Assembly (NCBI GenBank): GCA_021735685.1 | Contig: JAIPGN010000001.1 | Span: 202,678 to 266,677, forward strand | Reading direction: 5' to 3' | Source: Patescibacteria group bacterium | GTDB taxonomy: Bacteria; Patescibacteriota; Patescibacteriia; UBA2591; UBA6264 | DNA: 64,000 nt | Shown here: piece after piece, positions 63,060 to 64,000 of the stretch | Layout: the number at the start of each line of letters is the position of its first letter | How positions within the stretch are numbered: the first letter of the stretch is position 1 | Notes under the pieces: model-generated | What the model saw: the letters and a program-made list of their open reading frames with translations, nothing else | Database searches by the model: none | Told to the model about the DNA's origin: nothing | Program-made: the position numbers and the translations under genes

Positions 63060-63318
63060 ATTTTCAGATTTTGAGTATAATTAAAACTATTTTTAATTGA
63101 CGTCAAATTAATTTGGCGTTTTTTTAATTTATAATATTGACGAATTAAAAATAAAGTATTAAATTAAAAACAATAATTTTGGTTATGTTATTCTTAAGAA
63201 GAAATATTAAAAGAGAATTATTTTGTCCTTTTTTAATATTTCTTTTTTTATATGATTTGATTGGGAGAAATAAATTTTGGGAGCGAAGTTTTATCCGATT
63301 ATTAAGCTCTCCTCTTGT

Positions 63319-63345
63319 AAGACCGCCTTAGGGCGGTCTTTTTTG
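63319..63345 (+). terminator. Intrinsic terminator (AAGACCGCC-tta-GGGCGGTCTT followed by T-run)
   Basis: 9-bp GC-rich stem followed by TTTTTTG with no plus-strand ORF upstream (ORF-free stretch 63060-63367). Possibly the 3' end of a small RNA. Confidence 0.45.
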
Positions 63346-63367
63346 TTTTAAAGAATTAATTTTTTAT

Positions 63368-64000
63368 TATGAAAAAAGTAATCAAGAAATTTTTAATTAT
63401 CATTCTTTCCATTATTGCTCTAGGAAGTTTTTATTTGTATTTTACGATTTTGGCCTGGCAAGGATTATCAGCTCAGGAAAAATTGGGAGTAATAGAATAT
63501 GCTTATGAAGAATGTCGTGCTCAGGGAGGGCAGAATTGTGAGCAAAAAATAGCTGAGCAAATTGAAGATTATATTGATACACAGAAAATTGAATTCATTG
63601 ATATTATTCAAGATAAACAAATGCCTGGCGAAAATAGGATTTTAGCTCTAAGCATGTTTTTTAATTTTTGTCGCGGCAATGAAATTCTCCCGATTTCGCC
63701 AGAGACTGATTTTTATTACGCCCTAGCTATTGATCAAGGTAATCCTTTTGATTTACGACAACTTGCTTTTTCTTATTTTTTAGAAGGTCAGTTGGGTGAC
63801 GCAGAAACAGAAAATTTACAAGAATTGATAATTGGTGATCAGGAAGCTCACCCTGACTTTCAGGAAATGGTTGTTAAAAATTTGAACGAAGAGGGAATGG
63901 ATAAAAATAAAGAAAAGTTGTTAGAAAATTTAAAGAATCCAGATTCAGAAGTTCGTTTTGAAATAGCTGAATTTTTAGGTCAAGAGGCTGATCAGAAATG
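63368..64000 (+). CDS. Hypothetical secreted/membrane-anchored helical-repeat protein (3' partial, runs off the window)
   Basis: ATG at 63368 with an N-terminal signal/TM segment (KKFLIIILSIIALGSFYLYF). The frame stays open to position 64000. Possible HEAT/PBS-like repeats (DSEVRFEIAEFLG). Confidence 0.4.

Noticed and set aside
63060-63318. TTGACGTCAA palindrome and AT-rich spacer upstream of the terminator at 63319
   Set aside because: The region is suggestive of a regulatory site or sRNA start. But there is no clear -10/-35 pair with correct spacing and no structure beyond the terminator itself, so it is too weak to call.
1-64000. CRISPR array or cas genes
   Set aside because: No array of regularly spaced identical short repeats with unique spacers was seen. 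The hairpin repeats present are dispersed or paired palindromes, not CRISPR-like.

Overview
Low-GC, gene-dense window from a streamlined bacterium. The combination of many K/E-rich proteins, few Shine-Dalgarno sites and abundant hairpin repeats suggests Candidate Phyla Radiation / Patescibacteria, but this is inference from composition and gene content only. The flanks are housekeeping: ftsK (5' partial), a rodZ-like gene and recA at the start; ileS, eno, two tandem gpmI paralogs, hpf, secA, secD, secF, a GT4 gene, murJ, lepA, ftsB-like, a PAP2 gene, two tRNA-CAU genes, rarA, cdd, tatD and a UvrD-nuclease gene further on. Between 4.1 and 24.7 kb lies a roughly 20 kb Wzx/Wzy-type surface-polysaccharide locus, entirely on the minus strand. 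It runs Wzz, CapD, DegT, WecA, LicD, a cytidylyltransferase, GT2, GT4, Wzy, an ATP-grasp protein, CapA, a choline-kinase-like protein, a methyltransferase, Wzx and an epimerase. LicD with a HxGH cytidylyltransferase and an APH/choline-kinase-like gene suggests phosphocholine (or a related phospho-alcohol) decoration of the glycan. Accessory content is as follows. (i) A winged-HTH MNT nucleotidyltransferase with a small partner, bracketed by near-identical ~110-bp direct repeats and followed by an excisionase-type HTH gene. (ii) A Doc toxin with a small HTH partner. (iii) An AbiEi/AbiEii-like HTH plus nucleotidyltransferase pair, operonic with a DUF218 gene. (iv) An IS200/RAYT-like HuH transposase gene carrying three copies of a 27-bp palindrome, two of them in-frame inside the coding sequence. 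(v) A second palindrome family (two 25-bp palindromes in a 77-bp unit) present three times; two copies bracket a small membrane-protein gene. (vi) A third family of structured stem-loop elements sharing a GGTGCTTRT...AYAAGCACC closing stem, one with its own promoter and terminator, making it a candidate sRNA. The most unusual protein features are a complete parvulin (PpiC) PPIase domain inserted in the periplasmic head of SecD, two divergent tandem iPGM paralogs, and a ~1160-aa coiled-coil glycine-zipper membrane protein with a LysM-like C-terminal domain.
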